Positions 9,314 to 19,960 of a stretch of 50,109 nt of DNA are shown here, one piece after another. The notes below the pieces were generated by a model, which worked only from the letters and a program-made list of their open reading frames with translations, searched no databases and was not told the DNA's origin. The DNA comes from an uncultured Fibrobacterales bacterium (GTDB lineage Bacteria > Fibrobacterota > Fibrobacteria > Fibrobacterales > CAWVXU01), in assembly GCA_963934255.1 (NCBI GenBank), contig CAWVXU010000008.1, positions 1-50,109 on the forward strand, in the 5' to 3' direction. The position numbers and the translations under genes were made by a program. Numbering within the stretch: the first letter of the stretch is position 1; every line of letters begins with the position of its first letter.

Positions 9314-11478
9314 TGAAGTCTAAAATTCTTTTTATAGGGCCCTTTGCCATAGTAGTATACCTACTAGTTGAGTTGTTGTTTTTAGTACCTCAATTTCAAT
9401 CTTTAGAATGGAAGTGGTTTGATACTCTCGTTCAATTGCATCAAAGTGGAGAAACTTCAGAATCGGTCATAGCGATTGGAATTGATGAGGGTCTGTTTGA
9501 AGAGCAAGGTTTAAATTGGCCTTTGGATAAAAACATCTACGGAGAGTTGATTGATTATTTAGATCAGGTAGGTGCCAAGGCAATTTTATTTGATATCATG
9601 TTTACTCACCAAACTGACACGAGTTATGAATCCGACATGATATTTCGTGAGCTTCTTAAAGAAGTCCCATCAACTGTATTGACTTTTGGTGGTATAATTG
9701 ACTCTTCCTATCAGGGAAAGAAACAAATCATAAGTCCACTACAGCAGTCGCCTTTAAAGCGTATTAAAAAGCAGGTTTTTGAAACTACACCTCAATATTA
9801 CAGAGTTCGTGAGGTAATTCTCCCTTATAATACCTTGATTCAGGCAAATTCACAAATGGCCTCTAATAACCTCCCCACAATGGTTGATGGAAAGCATCGG
9901 AATATACCTTTGGGAGTATTTGATTCAGATAATTTTTATCCTGGTTTGGCTCTATCTGCATGGATGAAAACTCAAAAAAAGAATGATTTTTCGATTCATA
10001 AAATGGAAGCGATTCACTCCAAGGGGACATGGGCACTCAGTTCTAGGCATGAATTTTTACCATCATACAGGCATCATGTGGAAAGACTTCCCCTGAGTAT
10101 ACTTCGAAATGAAATGGTAGATTTTTATCAAAAGGGTGCTTCTAAGTTCGACTCAAAATTTCAAGGTAAAGTGGTCATTATTGGTCCTAGTGCAGCTTCA
10201 CTAGGTGACTTAGGGCTCAACCCATTGAGTTATCAAGAGCCACATTTAAAGTCTCCTAATATGATGGTACATGCTTACGGCATAGATGCTTTATTAAATA
10301 ACGAAGTAGTTAATTACAAGTCGTCACGACTTCAAATAATTGTGGGTCTGCTTCTATTGTCATTCATCTTTATATGGGGCAAAGGTGCGCTTCACCTGAT
10401 ACTTTATTCGATGGTATATTTTATACCGGCGATTTTCTCATACAATGAATTTCCTGCGCTTAACTTCTACCCTATTTTTCAGTGGTATATTGTATTGAGT
10501 ATCATCTTGTTGGGTGTGCTCATCTTTGAATGGTATCAAAAAAAGCAAAGCTCTATATTTTTAATTCAGACCTTTGGTACCTATCTGAGTCCAGATGTAA
10601 TCCAAGAGATGGAGCAATTGCAAGTCAAACCAAAGCTTGGTGGTGAGAGAATTTTTGGTTCCATTCTATTTACAGATATAGAATCATTCTCGTCTTTTTC
10701 TGAAGAGCTTGAACCTGAGCAACTCATTGAATACTTAAACGAATACTTCCAAGTCATGACCACCATTCTCTTAGAAGAGGGCGCAACGGTAGATAAATTT
10801 ATAGGTGATGCTATCGTGGCCTTTTTTGGAGCACCTAAGCCCCTTGTTGAACATTCATACAGAGCTCTTCGAGCTGCTCAAAGGATGCAAGAAGAATTAG
10901 GTGTACTTCGGCAGATTTGGACTGACCGTGTAGGCGTCTCTGATAAGATTCGAAATATGCAAATGAGAATCGGTGTACATTGTGGCGACTTTGTAGTGGG
11001 TAATATTGGTTGTGACCTTCGAATGAATTATACGATGATAGGCGACTCGGTGAATTTAACGGCTCGGCTTGAGTCTATCGCCTCTCAATATGGAGTCTAT
11101 ACAAATGTGTCGCTTGATATTGTTCAGGAGTATGAACGGATTAAGGAAGCTGATTTATTAAATGAAAACTCTGTTGAATTTCAGTTCAGAGAACTTGATA
11201 AAATTCAGGTGAAAGGCCGAGAAGCCCCTGTGCAGATTATGGAACTTCTTTGTCACCCAGTGGTTCATCAGGATTTGAAAGCTACTTTTGAAACTGCTTT
11301 AAACTTGTATTACCGTGGTGATTTTGATTCTGCTTTGAAGCTTTTCCGAGAATGCGATCGCATTGAAGTGGAGGGTTCTAAACCTTCGGCTTCTCAGTTA
11401 TTTATTCAAAGATGTGAACATTTTGTTGCAGAACCCCCTGCTGATTGGGACGGAATATATCGTTGGGAGAGTAAATGA
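9313..11478 (+). CDS. CHASE2 sensor domain class III adenylate/guanylate cyclase
   Basis: N-terminal TM helix, a long extracytoplasmic region, a cluster of TM helices (about aa 340-410), then a cyclase domain (FTDIESFSSFSE...KFIGDAIVAFFGAP...GVHCGDFVVGNIG...MIGDSVNLTARLES). Overlaps the upstream stop (TAATG). Confidence 0.8.
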   Translation: MKSKILFIGPFAIVVYLLVELLFLVPQFQSLEWKWFDTLVQLHQSGETSESVIAIGIDEGLFEEQGLNWPLDKNIYGELIDYLDQVGAKAILFDIMFTHQTDTSYESDMIFRELLKEVPSTVLTFGGIIDSSYQGKKQIISPLQQSPLKRIKKQVFETTPQYYRVREVILPYNTLIQANSQMASNNLPTMVDGKHRNIPLGVFDSDNFYPGLALSAWMKTQKKNDFSIHKMEAIHSKGTWALSSRHEFLPSYRHHVERLPLSILRNEMVDFYQKGASKFDSKFQGKVVIIGPSAASLGDLGLNPLSYQEPHLKSPNMMVHAYGIDALLNNEVVNYKSSRLQIIVGLLLLSFIFIWGKGALHLILYSMVYFIPAIFSYNEFPALNFYPIFQWYIVLSIILLGVLIFEWYQKKQSSIFLIQTFGTYLSPDVIQEMEQLQVKPKLGGERIFGSILFTDIESFSSFSEELEPEQLIEYLNEYFQVMTTILLEEGATVDKFIGDAIVAFFGAPKPLVEHSYRALRAAQRMQEELGVLRQIWTDRVGVSDKIRNMQMRIGVHCGDFVVGNIGCDLRMNYTMIGDSVNLTARLESIASQYGVYTNVSLDIVQEYERIKEADLLNENSVEFQFRELDKIQVKGREAPVQIMELLCHPVVHQDLKATFETALNLYYRGDFDSALKLFRECDRIEVEGSKPSASQLFIQRCEHFVAEPPADWDGIYRWESK

Positions 11479-11567
11479 GTGTGGTGTTCGTGAGGACATT
11501 TTAACTAAAAGCATCTAGCCGGCTCAGTTGTTTTGTGAGTATTATCACCTCACTTGAGTATTTATAG

Positions 11568-11596
11568 TTGACTCAGGCTACATTGCCCTCAATAAT
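11568..11596 (+). promoter_or_regulatory. sigma70-like promoter candidate for the giant surface-protein gene
   Basis: TTGACT (11568-11573), 17-bp spacer, AATAAT (11591-11596), about 75 bp upstream of ATG 11673. Confidence 0.35.
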
Positions 11597-11672
11597 GGTT
11601 TATTTTGTAGCTATTTAGTCTCAAATTTTTGTAAAATTAGCCCCCTTTAAGCACTTAATAAGCGGGTAAATA

Positions 11673-14600
11673 ATGAGTCAATCTATCAATTTATTAATGC
11701 TATCCGCATATCTCTTATTGGGCTCAGCCGCTTTAGCCTTTGCTCAAGAAGTCACTCTCTCAGGTATCATCCTAGATCAGAGCGGCAATCCACTTAATCA
11801 AATTGAAGTGGAAATAGAGTCACTCGGACTCAAAGACACCACTGATGCTGATGGCAAATGGGAGATTCTTACTGATAGCTTAGGCACGACTCTTGATTTA
11901 TCTCCATCAGGTGAGCCACAAGGCTTTTCTCAATCCTTAAATTACAGCTTTGGAATACTTACGGGTAATTCCGTTAACGCCGCCCAGATGCAAATAGAAA
12001 TCCTTAATCACCAAGGGCAGATATTGACTCAAACCTCTAGGTTTGTCCCTAGAGGTGCTTTTTCCCTCAATTTTACCCGTGAGCTGAACTCTTTACCTGC
12101 CAATAACTACTTAATCCGAGCGACTCATGACTCTCAAGTGGTCACATTAGAAGCCAATCACGTAGGACCTGTTCAAGCTCAAGCTCAATTTAGAACTTCC
12201 ATAGCTGATAAACTCCTCTACCGCTTACAAGGTCAAATCATTACAGAAGATCAGATTGATCAGTACAAACAATACATCGAGAAATTTCTTGTAGTGAGAA
12301 ACATCTCAGGGACCGTGTTTGCAAATAACAATGCTGCCATTGATGAAGTTCGTGCTCATTTCTCTGGTGAAACCATCGCAGGTGAAGTGGTTTCTTTACT
12401 CGGGTATTCATCTCAGACAGGTGACTATACTGGTAAAGTTTATTCTGTGAAGCCATTAGATTTATATAACTATTCTATTTGGGTGGGTGCACAAGACGTA
12501 GACAATCGTCTTGTGGGTCGCACAGATAAGTATCCCTTTACTTCTATTTTTGGCGATTTAACTTTACCTGATTTTGATGCTGCCAATGCCATGCCTAGAT
12601 TTAATCCAACCTTCTCTCAAGACACGGCTTCAGTGAATGATTCTATTTTGATCTATCCCAATGCCTACGACACCCTCGGGAGAAATAATGAATCCGGGAT
12701 GGATTGGTGGACACTTTCTTGGGATGGTGGAGTTTATACTGAGAGAGATTCACTTCTAGAATTCAAAGTCGATACGCCCAATGAAGTTCGTATAGTTCCT
12801 TTTGTTTTAAAAGGTGCGGACATAGAAGGCAACATTGCTTCTTATTCATTTACTTTTGATGGGATCATTAATCATGGCGCTGCAATCTCTGGATTTAAAG
12901 ACACAACGGTCACCATTGGCGATACGGTTCACTTTGATATAGTGGCATACGATGATGATGGTGTTGACTCAGTTCGCTTGAATTTTAATGATGGACAAGG
13001 TTGGATAAAACCCTACGCAGCGACTTCTTTCTCACACGAGATGCCAGCAAGTGTGACAGTAAATCTACAACAAGATTATCAACTAGATGTGATGTTGATT
13101 GACGTATTAGGTGATACCAATTTATTTAGAGAGCAAGTCATCGTTACAGTTAAAAATGACCTACCAGTCATTGGGCTTTTAGATGGAGCTATCTCAGCCG
13201 AAGCAAATGTGATCAGTACTTATCAAGTAACTACGAGTGATTTGGGTACGATCCAAAAGTATGAGTGGGATATGAATGAAGGCCTGGGCTATGAAGTAGG
13301 GACTCAAACTCTTGAAGCAATCTGGGTGACAACTGGTACCAAAAACTTACGTGTAAAAGTAACTGATGAAGATGGTAACCAATCTGTTCAATCCTTAGTC
13401 GTAGATATTTCCAATAGAAAGTCATCCATCACTTCACTCACTAATCAAGTCGTGACCATAGGTGACATCGTGAATTTTACAGTCACTCCAAGTGATGCAG
13501 ATACAGTTCAAAAAGTCATATGGAATTTTAATGATGGAACTGCGGAAATCACCACAACCACTCCTCACACAGTCCTTCACAACATGCCGACGAGTGTTGC
13601 TGTGAGTCTGCAAGAAACTTTTGAATTAAGTATTAAAGTTATCGACAATCTAGGTGATACGACGACTTTCTCAAACGCCTCGACCATCACAGTGAAAAAT
13701 GACCTACCGACAATCCAGTCCATCACGGGAAGTGAAATAGCCACCGCCGGGATTGCTGAAACTTACACAAGTACAGTCAATGATTTGGGATCTATCGTAC
13801 AATACGAATGGGATAACGGGTCAGGTGCTGGCTATGTGATTGGGGTAGACAGCCTAGTGGTCAACTGGTCACTCTACGGAACCAAAAGCGTCAAGCTCCG
13901 TGTCACTGATGAAGACGGTAATGTCTCAACTGCCACTCAATCAGTCATCGTATCTAACCGTAAGTCAAGCATCACTTCACTGACTAATCAAGTCGTGACT
14001 ATTGGTGACGCAGTGAATTTCACAGTCACTCCAAGTGATGCAGATGGAGTTCAAGAAGTCATTTGGAATTTCAATGATGGAACTCCGACAATCACAACCA
14101 TCACTCCTCACATAGTCCTTCACAACATGCCGACGAGTGTTGCTGTGAGTCTTCAAGAAACCTTTAACCTCAGTATTAAAGTCATCGACAACCTAGGTGA
14201 TACAACGACTTTTTCAAGCGCCTCGACCATCACAGTGAAAAATGACCTACCTACAATCCAGTCCATTATGGGAACAGAAACAGCCACCGCCGGGATTGCT
14301 GAAACTTACACAAGTACAGTCAATGATTTGGGTTCTATCGTACAATACGAATGGGATAACGGGTCAGGTGCTGGCTATGTGATTGGGGTAGACAGCCTAG
14401 TGGTCAACTGGTCACTCTACGGAACCAAAAGCGTCAAGCTCCGTGTCACTGATGAAGACGGTAATGTCTCAACTGCCACTCAATCAGTCATCGTATCTAA
14501 CCGTAAGTCATCCATGAATGCACTCATAGCTGAAATCGTCACCATCGGTGACACCATTCAACAACACCTGACTGTCAACGATCCAGACGGAGTAGCCAAA

Positions 14601-17072
14601 GTATACTGGAATTTCAACGACGGACTAGCCATTGATTCTACCATGGGGCCACACATTAACAGTCACATTGCCACCTCAGTTATCCCTCTAGGGAACGAGC
14701 AACAATATCAACTCAACCTCATTGTAGTGGATAGCTTAAATGATTCCACAATATTCAACAACGTTTCCCTCATCACAGTAAAAAATGACATACCAGGGAT
14801 CACTCCAATACTAGGACCTGACACTTTAAATGCCTTCAATAATGGTACCTACAAAGTCACCACCTCAGACTGGGGCCTGATTAAACTGCTAGAGTGGGAT
14901 CTGGGCTCTGGCTATGAATTACTTCCAGATTCAATTCAAACTTCATTTGGATCTGCAGGAGCTAAAACTCTAAAAGTTCGCGCCACAGATGATGATGATA
15001 ACCAAACAGTAATTCAGAAGTCCATTTATATAACAACTGTCTCAGGCACCATTCAAGGTATGACACAGTCTGAAACCAAAAATATCCAAGTAGGTGAGTC
15101 TCTTTCTATCACAGGTATAGATCCAGAAGATATCGATATACTTCATATCAACTGGGGTGATGGTGCGCTTGATTCGATCACTGGTAATGACACACTGACC
15201 CTTCAACATACTTATGATGTCTATGCACAAGGGTTGGGTGTCGAAGTCACTCTCGTTGACTCAGCAGGTGACACTACTTATGTATCAGGCACTATCAACG
15301 TTGCTCGTAACCTCAATGCTAAAGTGATCCTCATTGACCAAACCGCCAACGTCCTTGCCAACATGGAAGTTCGTTACCCTGGCCTAGAACTGCTGGGGAA
15401 TTCCTCCTTACAAGGCGAAGTGTTCTTCCAAGACGACACGCTAACAGCTACAGCGCTATCTACTTTGGATTCAATCATTAAAGTTTATTATAAAGGTGAT
15501 CTCATCGCTGTAGATACTCTTCCTACCAGAACCTCAACAGTACAGTCTATTATCTCAACTCGCTCAGTGGCAGGTGCTGTGGCTGAAGATAGTTTGGGTC
15601 GTTCGATAGATATTTCATCTGCTGTTGTTAAAATGACGGGTGATGACATCCCTGATACTATAACGGCTCCCGTAGCCTACGCTGAATTAATTGGAACTTA
15701 TAACGGGGCAATTTATAATAAATACATTCCAGTTCAAAACTTAACGGCTTGGGTAGAAGCCTATAATGACTCTAATCAACTAGTCGCTCGCTCACAAAAC
15801 TTCACCTTGGGTGTAGACTATGGTGACATTCCATTCCCTGAATTCACAAAGGGCAATTCTTACCCTGCGATTGATTCTATCACAGGACCGCGATCTTCGT
15901 TGGTGAATGAAGATCAAATCTGGACGACTGTCTCGGCAGATCCATTTGGTAAAAATGGTGCAGGGGTTATTCAGACCTATTGGTCCTTAGACTCAGGTGT
16001 AACCCGAATTGATTCGGGTGCGAACTACACTCATAAATGGTTGAATGAAGGAACTTTTGTATTAACGACGATTGTTCAAGACAACGAAGGACTTGAAGTG
16101 AGTGACACACTTTCAGTGGTGGTCTCAAGTCAGCCGGCTTCTGTGACTGGGATGAGAGACACTGTGATTGACCTAGGTGATTCAGTTTATTATGACTTGA
16201 GTATAAATCATCCAGAAGGTGTGGCAAATGTCATTATTCACTGGGCGGATACATTGGTTGACACTTTGGGAGCTGTAACTGACACTATTATTGGGTTGAG
16301 GATAAATAGTGCGTTGGATAGTACCAAACGAGGTTCGCTTGTTACATTGAAAGTGGTAGATTTGTTTGGAGGTATTCATGTTCAATCAGCCACAATCTTT
16401 ATGACAAGTGGGGTGATTATTGATGAAAGAGATGATGAAGATTATAACTGGGTACGAATAGGGACTCAAGTTTGGATGGCTGAGAATCTTGCCTATCTCC
16501 CTCAAGTGGATGAGGTAGGAGTTGGGTCAGAAAGTGGTACACACTATTATGTTTATGATTATACCCCTTCAGGTGCAAATGAAACTGAACAAGTCGCTAA
16601 TGCCAAACTAGAACCTAACTATCAAACTGATGGTGTCTTATACAATTGGAATGCCGCCATGAATGGAGCAACTTCGAGTTTTCTCGCTCCTAGTGGCGTA
16701 CAAGGGGCTTGCCCTTCAGGTTGGCATCTGCCGAGTGATGCCGAATGGACAATCTTAAATAATTATGTGGATGCCAATAATGGAGCAGATGAAATAGGCA
16801 CTAGCCTTAAAGCTATTTCAGGCTGGACTTCCTGGCTGGGAGTGACTGGTACCGATGAGTTTGGTTTTTCAGCTTTGCCCTCAGGTTACCGTTCCACTGG
16901 AAGCTGGCTCTTCCTCAGCCATGGCAATAACGGCTACTTTTGGAGTGCCTCTGAGTACAGTTCGACGAGTGCCTACTATCTCCCCTTGATCTGGAACATT
17001 GGAGTCTACCAACGGCTCGGCGACTATAAGTCCAGCGGGTTTAGTGTGCGTTGCTTAGAGGACACCCCGTAG
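11673..17072 (+). CDS. giant secreted repeat protein (1799 aa): CarbopepD_reg-like N-terminal domain, tandem PKD/Ig-like repeat units, C-terminal Fibrobacter succinogenes major paralogous (Fib_succ_major) domain
   Basis: Signal peptide MSQSINLLMLSAYLLLGSAALAFA. At least four ~180-aa tandem units. The C-terminal ~180 aa (WMAENLAY...YNWNAAMNG...CPSGWHLPSDAEW...GYFWSASE) matches the Fib_succ_major signature. Confidence 0.8.
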   Translation: MSQSINLLMLSAYLLLGSAALAFAQEVTLSGIILDQSGNPLNQIEVEIESLGLKDTTDADGKWEILTDSLGTTLDLSPSGEPQGFSQSLNYSFGILTGNSVNAAQMQIEILNHQGQILTQTSRFVPRGAFSLNFTRELNSLPANNYLIRATHDSQVVTLEANHVGPVQAQAQFRTSIADKLLYRLQGQIITEDQIDQYKQYIEKFLVVRNISGTVFANNNAAIDEVRAHFSGETIAGEVVSLLGYSSQTGDYTGKVYSVKPLDLYNYSIWVGAQDVDNRLVGRTDKYPFTSIFGDLTLPDFDAANAMPRFNPTFSQDTASVNDSILIYPNAYDTLGRNNESGMDWWTLSWDGGVYTERDSLLEFKVDTPNEVRIVPFVLKGADIEGNIASYSFTFDGIINHGAAISGFKDTTVTIGDTVHFDIVAYDDDGVDSVRLNFNDGQGWIKPYAATSFSHEMPASVTVNLQQDYQLDVMLIDVLGDTNLFREQVIVTVKNDLPVIGLLDGAISAEANVISTYQVTTSDLGTIQKYEWDMNEGLGYEVGTQTLEAIWVTTGTKNLRVKVTDEDGNQSVQSLVVDISNRKSSITSLTNQVVTIGDIVNFTVTPSDADTVQKVIWNFNDGTAEITTTTPHTVLHNMPTSVAVSLQETFELSIKVIDNLGDTTTFSNASTITVKNDLPTIQSITGSEIATAGIAETYTSTVNDLGSIVQYEWDNGSGAGYVIGVDSLVVNWSLYGTKSVKLRVTDEDGNVSTATQSVIVSNRKSSITSLTNQVVTIGDAVNFTVTPSDADGVQEVIWNFNDGTPTITTITPHIVLHNMPTSVAVSLQETFNLSIKVIDNLGDTTTFSSASTITVKNDLPTIQSIMGTETATAGIAETYTSTVNDLGSIVQYEWDNGSGAGYVIGVDSLVVNWSLYGTKSVKLRVTDEDGNVSTATQSVIVSNRKSSMNALIAEIVTIGDTIQQHLTVNDPDGVAKVYWNFNDGLAIDSTMGPHINSHIATSVIPLGNEQQYQLNLIVVDSLNDSTIFNNVSLITVKNDIPGITPILGPDTLNAFNNGTYKVTTSDWGLIKLLEWDLGSGYELLPDSIQTSFGSAGAKTLKVRATDDDDNQTVIQKSIYITTVSGTIQGMTQSETKNIQVGESLSITGIDPEDIDILHINWGDGALDSITGNDTLTLQHTYDVYAQGLGVEVTLVDSAGDTTYVSGTINVARNLNAKVILIDQTANVLANMEVRYPGLELLGNSSLQGEVFFQDDTLTATALSTLDSIIKVYYKGDLIAVDTLPTRTSTVQSIISTRSVAGAVAEDSLGRSIDISSAVVKMTGDDIPDTITAPVAYAELIGTYNGAIYNKYIPVQNLTAWVEAYNDSNQLVARSQNFTLGVDYGDIPFPEFTKGNSYPAIDSITGPRSSLVNEDQIWTTVSADPFGKNGAGVIQTYWSLDSGVTRIDSGANYTHKWLNEGTFVLTTIVQDNEGLEVSDTLSVVVSSQPASVTGMRDTVIDLGDSVYYDLSINHPEGVANVIIHWADTLVDTLGAVTDTIIGLRINSALDSTKRGSLVTLKVVDLFGGIHVQSATIFMTSGVIIDERDDEDYNWVRIGTQVWMAENLAYLPQVDEVGVGSESGTHYYVYDYTPSGANETEQVANAKLEPNYQTDGVLYNWNAAMNGATSSFLAPSGVQGACPSGWHLPSDAEWTILNNYVDANNGADEIGTSLKAISGWTSWLGVTGTDEFGFSALPSGYRSTGSWLFLSHGNNGYFWSASEYSSTSAYYLPLIWNIGVYQRLGDYKSSGFSVRCLEDTP
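12868..15030 (+). repeat. four tandem ~540-bp coding repeat units; units 13411-13950 and 13951-14490 nearly identical at DNA level
   Basis: Unit starts are marked by AATAGAAAGTCATCC/AACCGTAAGTCAAGC at 13411, 13951 and 14491. A >200-bp stretch (about 13740-13960 vs 14280-14500) differs by a single base. Units 0 and 3 are diverged. Confidence 0.75.
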
Positions 17073-17200
17073 GGCAGAGACTAGGACGCGTAGCCTAAGC
17101 TGGTGGAGCAGAGCCTTTAACCGAACAAGTGGATATAAACGAGGTCTCTATTACTCTTGGGACATATTTTAAAACAGAAATAAACAAAAAAAAGAAAACA

Positions 17201-18169
17201 ATGAAAAAAACAATCACCATCATCGCACTAGCGACAGCAACACTCTTCGCCTCCCCCAAAGACAAGCTAGTCAAAGGGGCAAGTGAACTTCTAGCTAAGG
17301 CACCATCTGGAACCGTGGCAATCCTACCATTTGAATCACGCATCCCAGGTGATTCCAAATCAGGTCAGACTGTAGCCGAAGTAGTGGTCTCAGTAGCCTC
17401 GGCTTCAGGTATCTCACTTGTCGAGCGTGAAGCCTTAGCAAAGATTCTGATGGAGCAAGACTTCTCCGAGAGTGACCTAGTCGATCAAGACAACGCCATC
17501 GAAGTCGGTAAGCTGCTGACTGCAAAGTATCTCGTGATAGGTTCCGTAGGTGAGATGATGGGCGAGAGACTCATCTCTATGCGTCTCATCAATACTGAGA
17601 CGGGTGAAGTGGTTTCATCAAGTTCAGTATCTATGGGTGTGGATGCTTTTAAATCGATGCAAGAAGAGATCAACCCTGAAGCGACTCAGACTTCAGCAGT
17701 GGTTTTAAGGTCTGCCTTAATCCCGGGTTGGGGTCAAATGTTTGCCAATCGCACTGGTAGAGGTACAGCGTGGATGAGTGCATTTGCAGTCGCTGTCGGA
17801 GCGGGTGTTTATACCACTATACAAGCCGGAGCTGCTAATGATGATTATACTGCTTTTGGCAATAGAGTTAAGACAGGTGCTCTTGGACAAACATATTGTC
17901 AAACTAACTCATGTACAGGTGACTCACCAGATGATACAGATGACTGGGTCAGCTACAGAGATCCTAAAGAAAAGAAATTGTGGGATGACTACGGAAGTGC
18001 ATATCAAACATCACTCATCGTATGGGGAACAGCTGGAGCAATTTGGGCTGCCAACTTAGTAGACGCATATATCGTAGGTAGCGAGCGCAAAGAGAAAAAC
18101 CAAATGTACTTCTCAGCACTCCCGACTCCAAATCAAGGTGTTCAACTTAGCTTAAGCTATTCATTCTAA
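17201..18169 (+). CDS. CsgG/LpoB-like periplasmic domain protein with probable DUF5683 C-terminal region
   Basis: The ORF-track start at 17129 is GTG; ATG at 17201 gives signal peptide MKKTITIIALATATLFA. The VAILPFE...LAKILMEQDFSESDLVD...AKYLVIGSVGE pattern is typical of the CsgG-like fold. C-terminal LIPGWGQMF motif. Confidence 0.6.
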   Translation: MKKTITIIALATATLFASPKDKLVKGASELLAKAPSGTVAILPFESRIPGDSKSGQTVAEVVVSVASASGISLVEREALAKILMEQDFSESDLVDQDNAIEVGKLLTAKYLVIGSVGEMMGERLISMRLINTETGEVVSSSSVSMGVDAFKSMQEEINPEATQTSAVVLRSALIPGWGQMFANRTGRGTAWMSAFAVAVGAGVYTTIQAGAANDDYTAFGNRVKTGALGQTYCQTNSCTGDSPDDTDDWVSYRDPKEKKLWDDYGSAYQTSLIVWGTAGAIWAANLVDAYIVGSERKEKNQMYFSALPTPNQGVQLSLSYSF

Positions 18170-18176
18170 GGAGTTG

Positions 18177-19898
18177 ATGATGAAATTATTAAAAACAACA
18201 ATCGCATTATTTTCAGTCTTAGCGATCTCTCAAGGATGTAAAGAAGACCGTGCATTTAGCCCAGAGTTATTAGATACAGTAGATGCCTTTGTCGTAGATG
18301 GATCTATCCAAGGGACAGTGACTATAGATGACGCAAGCTCTCCTGAAGGCATCACCGTCACAGCTCAGCCAAGTGGTCGCAGTACCACAACAGATGACCA
18401 CGGTGAGTATGAGCTTGATAAATTACAAGCAGAAGTATACTCGCTTATCTTTACTTCATTAAAGACAAAAACCGACACCCTTTTACAACTAGATCTTCAA
18501 AGCAACCGTAAGTTAGTGGATCAAGATATTGAGCTCATTAAAGAGTTAGACATTGAATTCCTAGACAGGGATATCGTAGCAACATTTACCAAAAATGGAG
18601 TTGAAGCCGATAGTGTGGCTATTCAATTAATGAAAGATGGAAATGTTCTACAAACATATTCAGCTACCCTGAATGATGGCAATGATGGTTTCGCACTCAA
18701 TACGTCTGTCGTAAAAGCAGGTGGTGATATGATGATACTAGTATTTGATTCTGATCAAAAAGTAATAGGTACATATAGCCTTTCTTATACTTCAAATGCT
18801 GACCAAATATCCATTTCTATGGATGCCGCAAATGGCAAGGGCTTTGTAGCTACTCAGAAGTTATTGGGTGTAGAATCACATGAGCTGACTTATACGTTCT
18901 CCCCTAAAGATACACTAGGTGTTGATATTGGAATTCAGGGAGTTTCTTGGAGTGGTTGTGGTTCAAGTGGTTTAGATACTAACGTGGTGATATCTGTATT
19001 ACCAGAGTCTGATTGTGAAATAATCTTGTCTATAACTGACCTTGATCAAAATATTTCTGAGTTTACAGATTCTGTTTTCATTGGTTCATTACATGATTGG
19101 GTAGATGTTCAAGCTGGAACCTATACTATGGGACGGGATATCCTCAATCCAAATGACGCAAGACAACCGCATGAAGTGACTCTAAGTAAAGTATTTAAGA
19201 TCGCAAAGTATGAAACGACCTGGTCACAGATATTGTGGTATTTAAATTATGAGTCTGGACAAGGCTCCATTTCATATGATGAGACTAACTTTCTATATAT
19301 CAATGACATTGAATCCTTTAGAGATAATAACTGGATGCTTGAAAATAACGGCCACTATAGTGTTTCACTTAATGGCGATAGTATCCCCGTTTCATACGTC
19401 ACTTATCAATTCGCTGTTTTGTATTGCAATTTCTTAAGTCGTCAGGCCGGATTAACTGAATTATATGATGAGATTACATTCGAAATAACTGACTTTACAT
19501 CAAAAGGATATCGTCTCCCAACAGAAGCTGAGTGGGAGTGGGCTGCTCGTTCTGCAGATGCTAACGATAGTTATGTCTACGCTGGATCAAATAGTTTTAG
19601 TGATGTAAGTGACACCCTTCAATCTAAAGCAGGCTCTATCGGAGGATACCAAGCCAACGCTCTAGGTATTTTTGATATGACAGGCAATGTGAAAGAATGG
19701 ACCTCAGACTTCCATGGTCAGACTACAGTCGAAGCAGTAACAGACCCGTATATCAAAGGTCTTTATTTTATGGCAGTCAAAGGAGGCGGTTATGCTTCAC
19801 TCACAGATGAATTGTTTTGGATTACTTCAGCAGACAAACTCGACGCAATCACTGCAAATGAAGACCTTGGATTTAGAATTATTTTACAAAACCCATAA
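18177..19898 (+). CDS. lipoprotein with C-terminal formylglycine-generating-enzyme (FGE-sulfatase/SUMF1-like) domain
   Basis: TAAGGAG RBS. Signal peptide with Cys (LAISQGC). C-terminal GYRLPTEAEWEWAARS...GNVKEWTSD is characteristic of the FGE-sulfatase family. Confidence 0.7.
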   Translation: MMKLLKTTIALFSVLAISQGCKEDRAFSPELLDTVDAFVVDGSIQGTVTIDDASSPEGITVTAQPSGRSTTTDDHGEYELDKLQAEVYSLIFTSLKTKTDTLLQLDLQSNRKLVDQDIELIKELDIEFLDRDIVATFTKNGVEADSVAIQLMKDGNVLQTYSATLNDGNDGFALNTSVVKAGGDMMILVFDSDQKVIGTYSLSYTSNADQISISMDAANGKGFVATQKLLGVESHELTYTFSPKDTLGVDIGIQGVSWSGCGSSGLDTNVVISVLPESDCEIILSITDLDQNISEFTDSVFIGSLHDWVDVQAGTYTMGRDILNPNDARQPHEVTLSKVFKIAKYETTWSQILWYLNYESGQGSISYDETNFLYINDIESFRDNNWMLENNGHYSVSLNGDSIPVSYVTYQFAVLYCNFLSRQAGLTELYDEITFEITDFTSKGYRLPTEAEWEWAARSADANDSYVYAGSNSFSDVSDTLQSKAGSIGGYQANALGIFDMTGNVKEWTSDFHGQTTVEAVTDPYIKGLYFMAVKGGGYASLTDELFWITSADKLDAITANEDLGFRIILQNP

Positions 19899-19960
19899 GA
19901 GAGATCATGTGTTTCCAAATTAATTATTGGAGTAGGTGTGTTGTGTTCTTAGTCACATGA

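Noticed and set aside
12868-15030. Possible CRISPR array suggested by regular tandem repeats
   Set aside because: Repeat unit is 540 bp, lies entirely inside a continuous protein-coding frame and encodes Ig/PKD-like domains. There are no short repeat-spacer units and no cas genes.
17095-18059. Minus-strand and alternate-frame ORFs overlapping the CsgG-like gene (17095..17358, 17295..17525, 17485..17673, 17717..17902, 17778..18059)
   Set aside because: Nested in a better gene with a signal peptide and a conserved fold pattern. The GTG at 17129 was also rejected as the start in favour of the ATG 17201 signal-peptide start.
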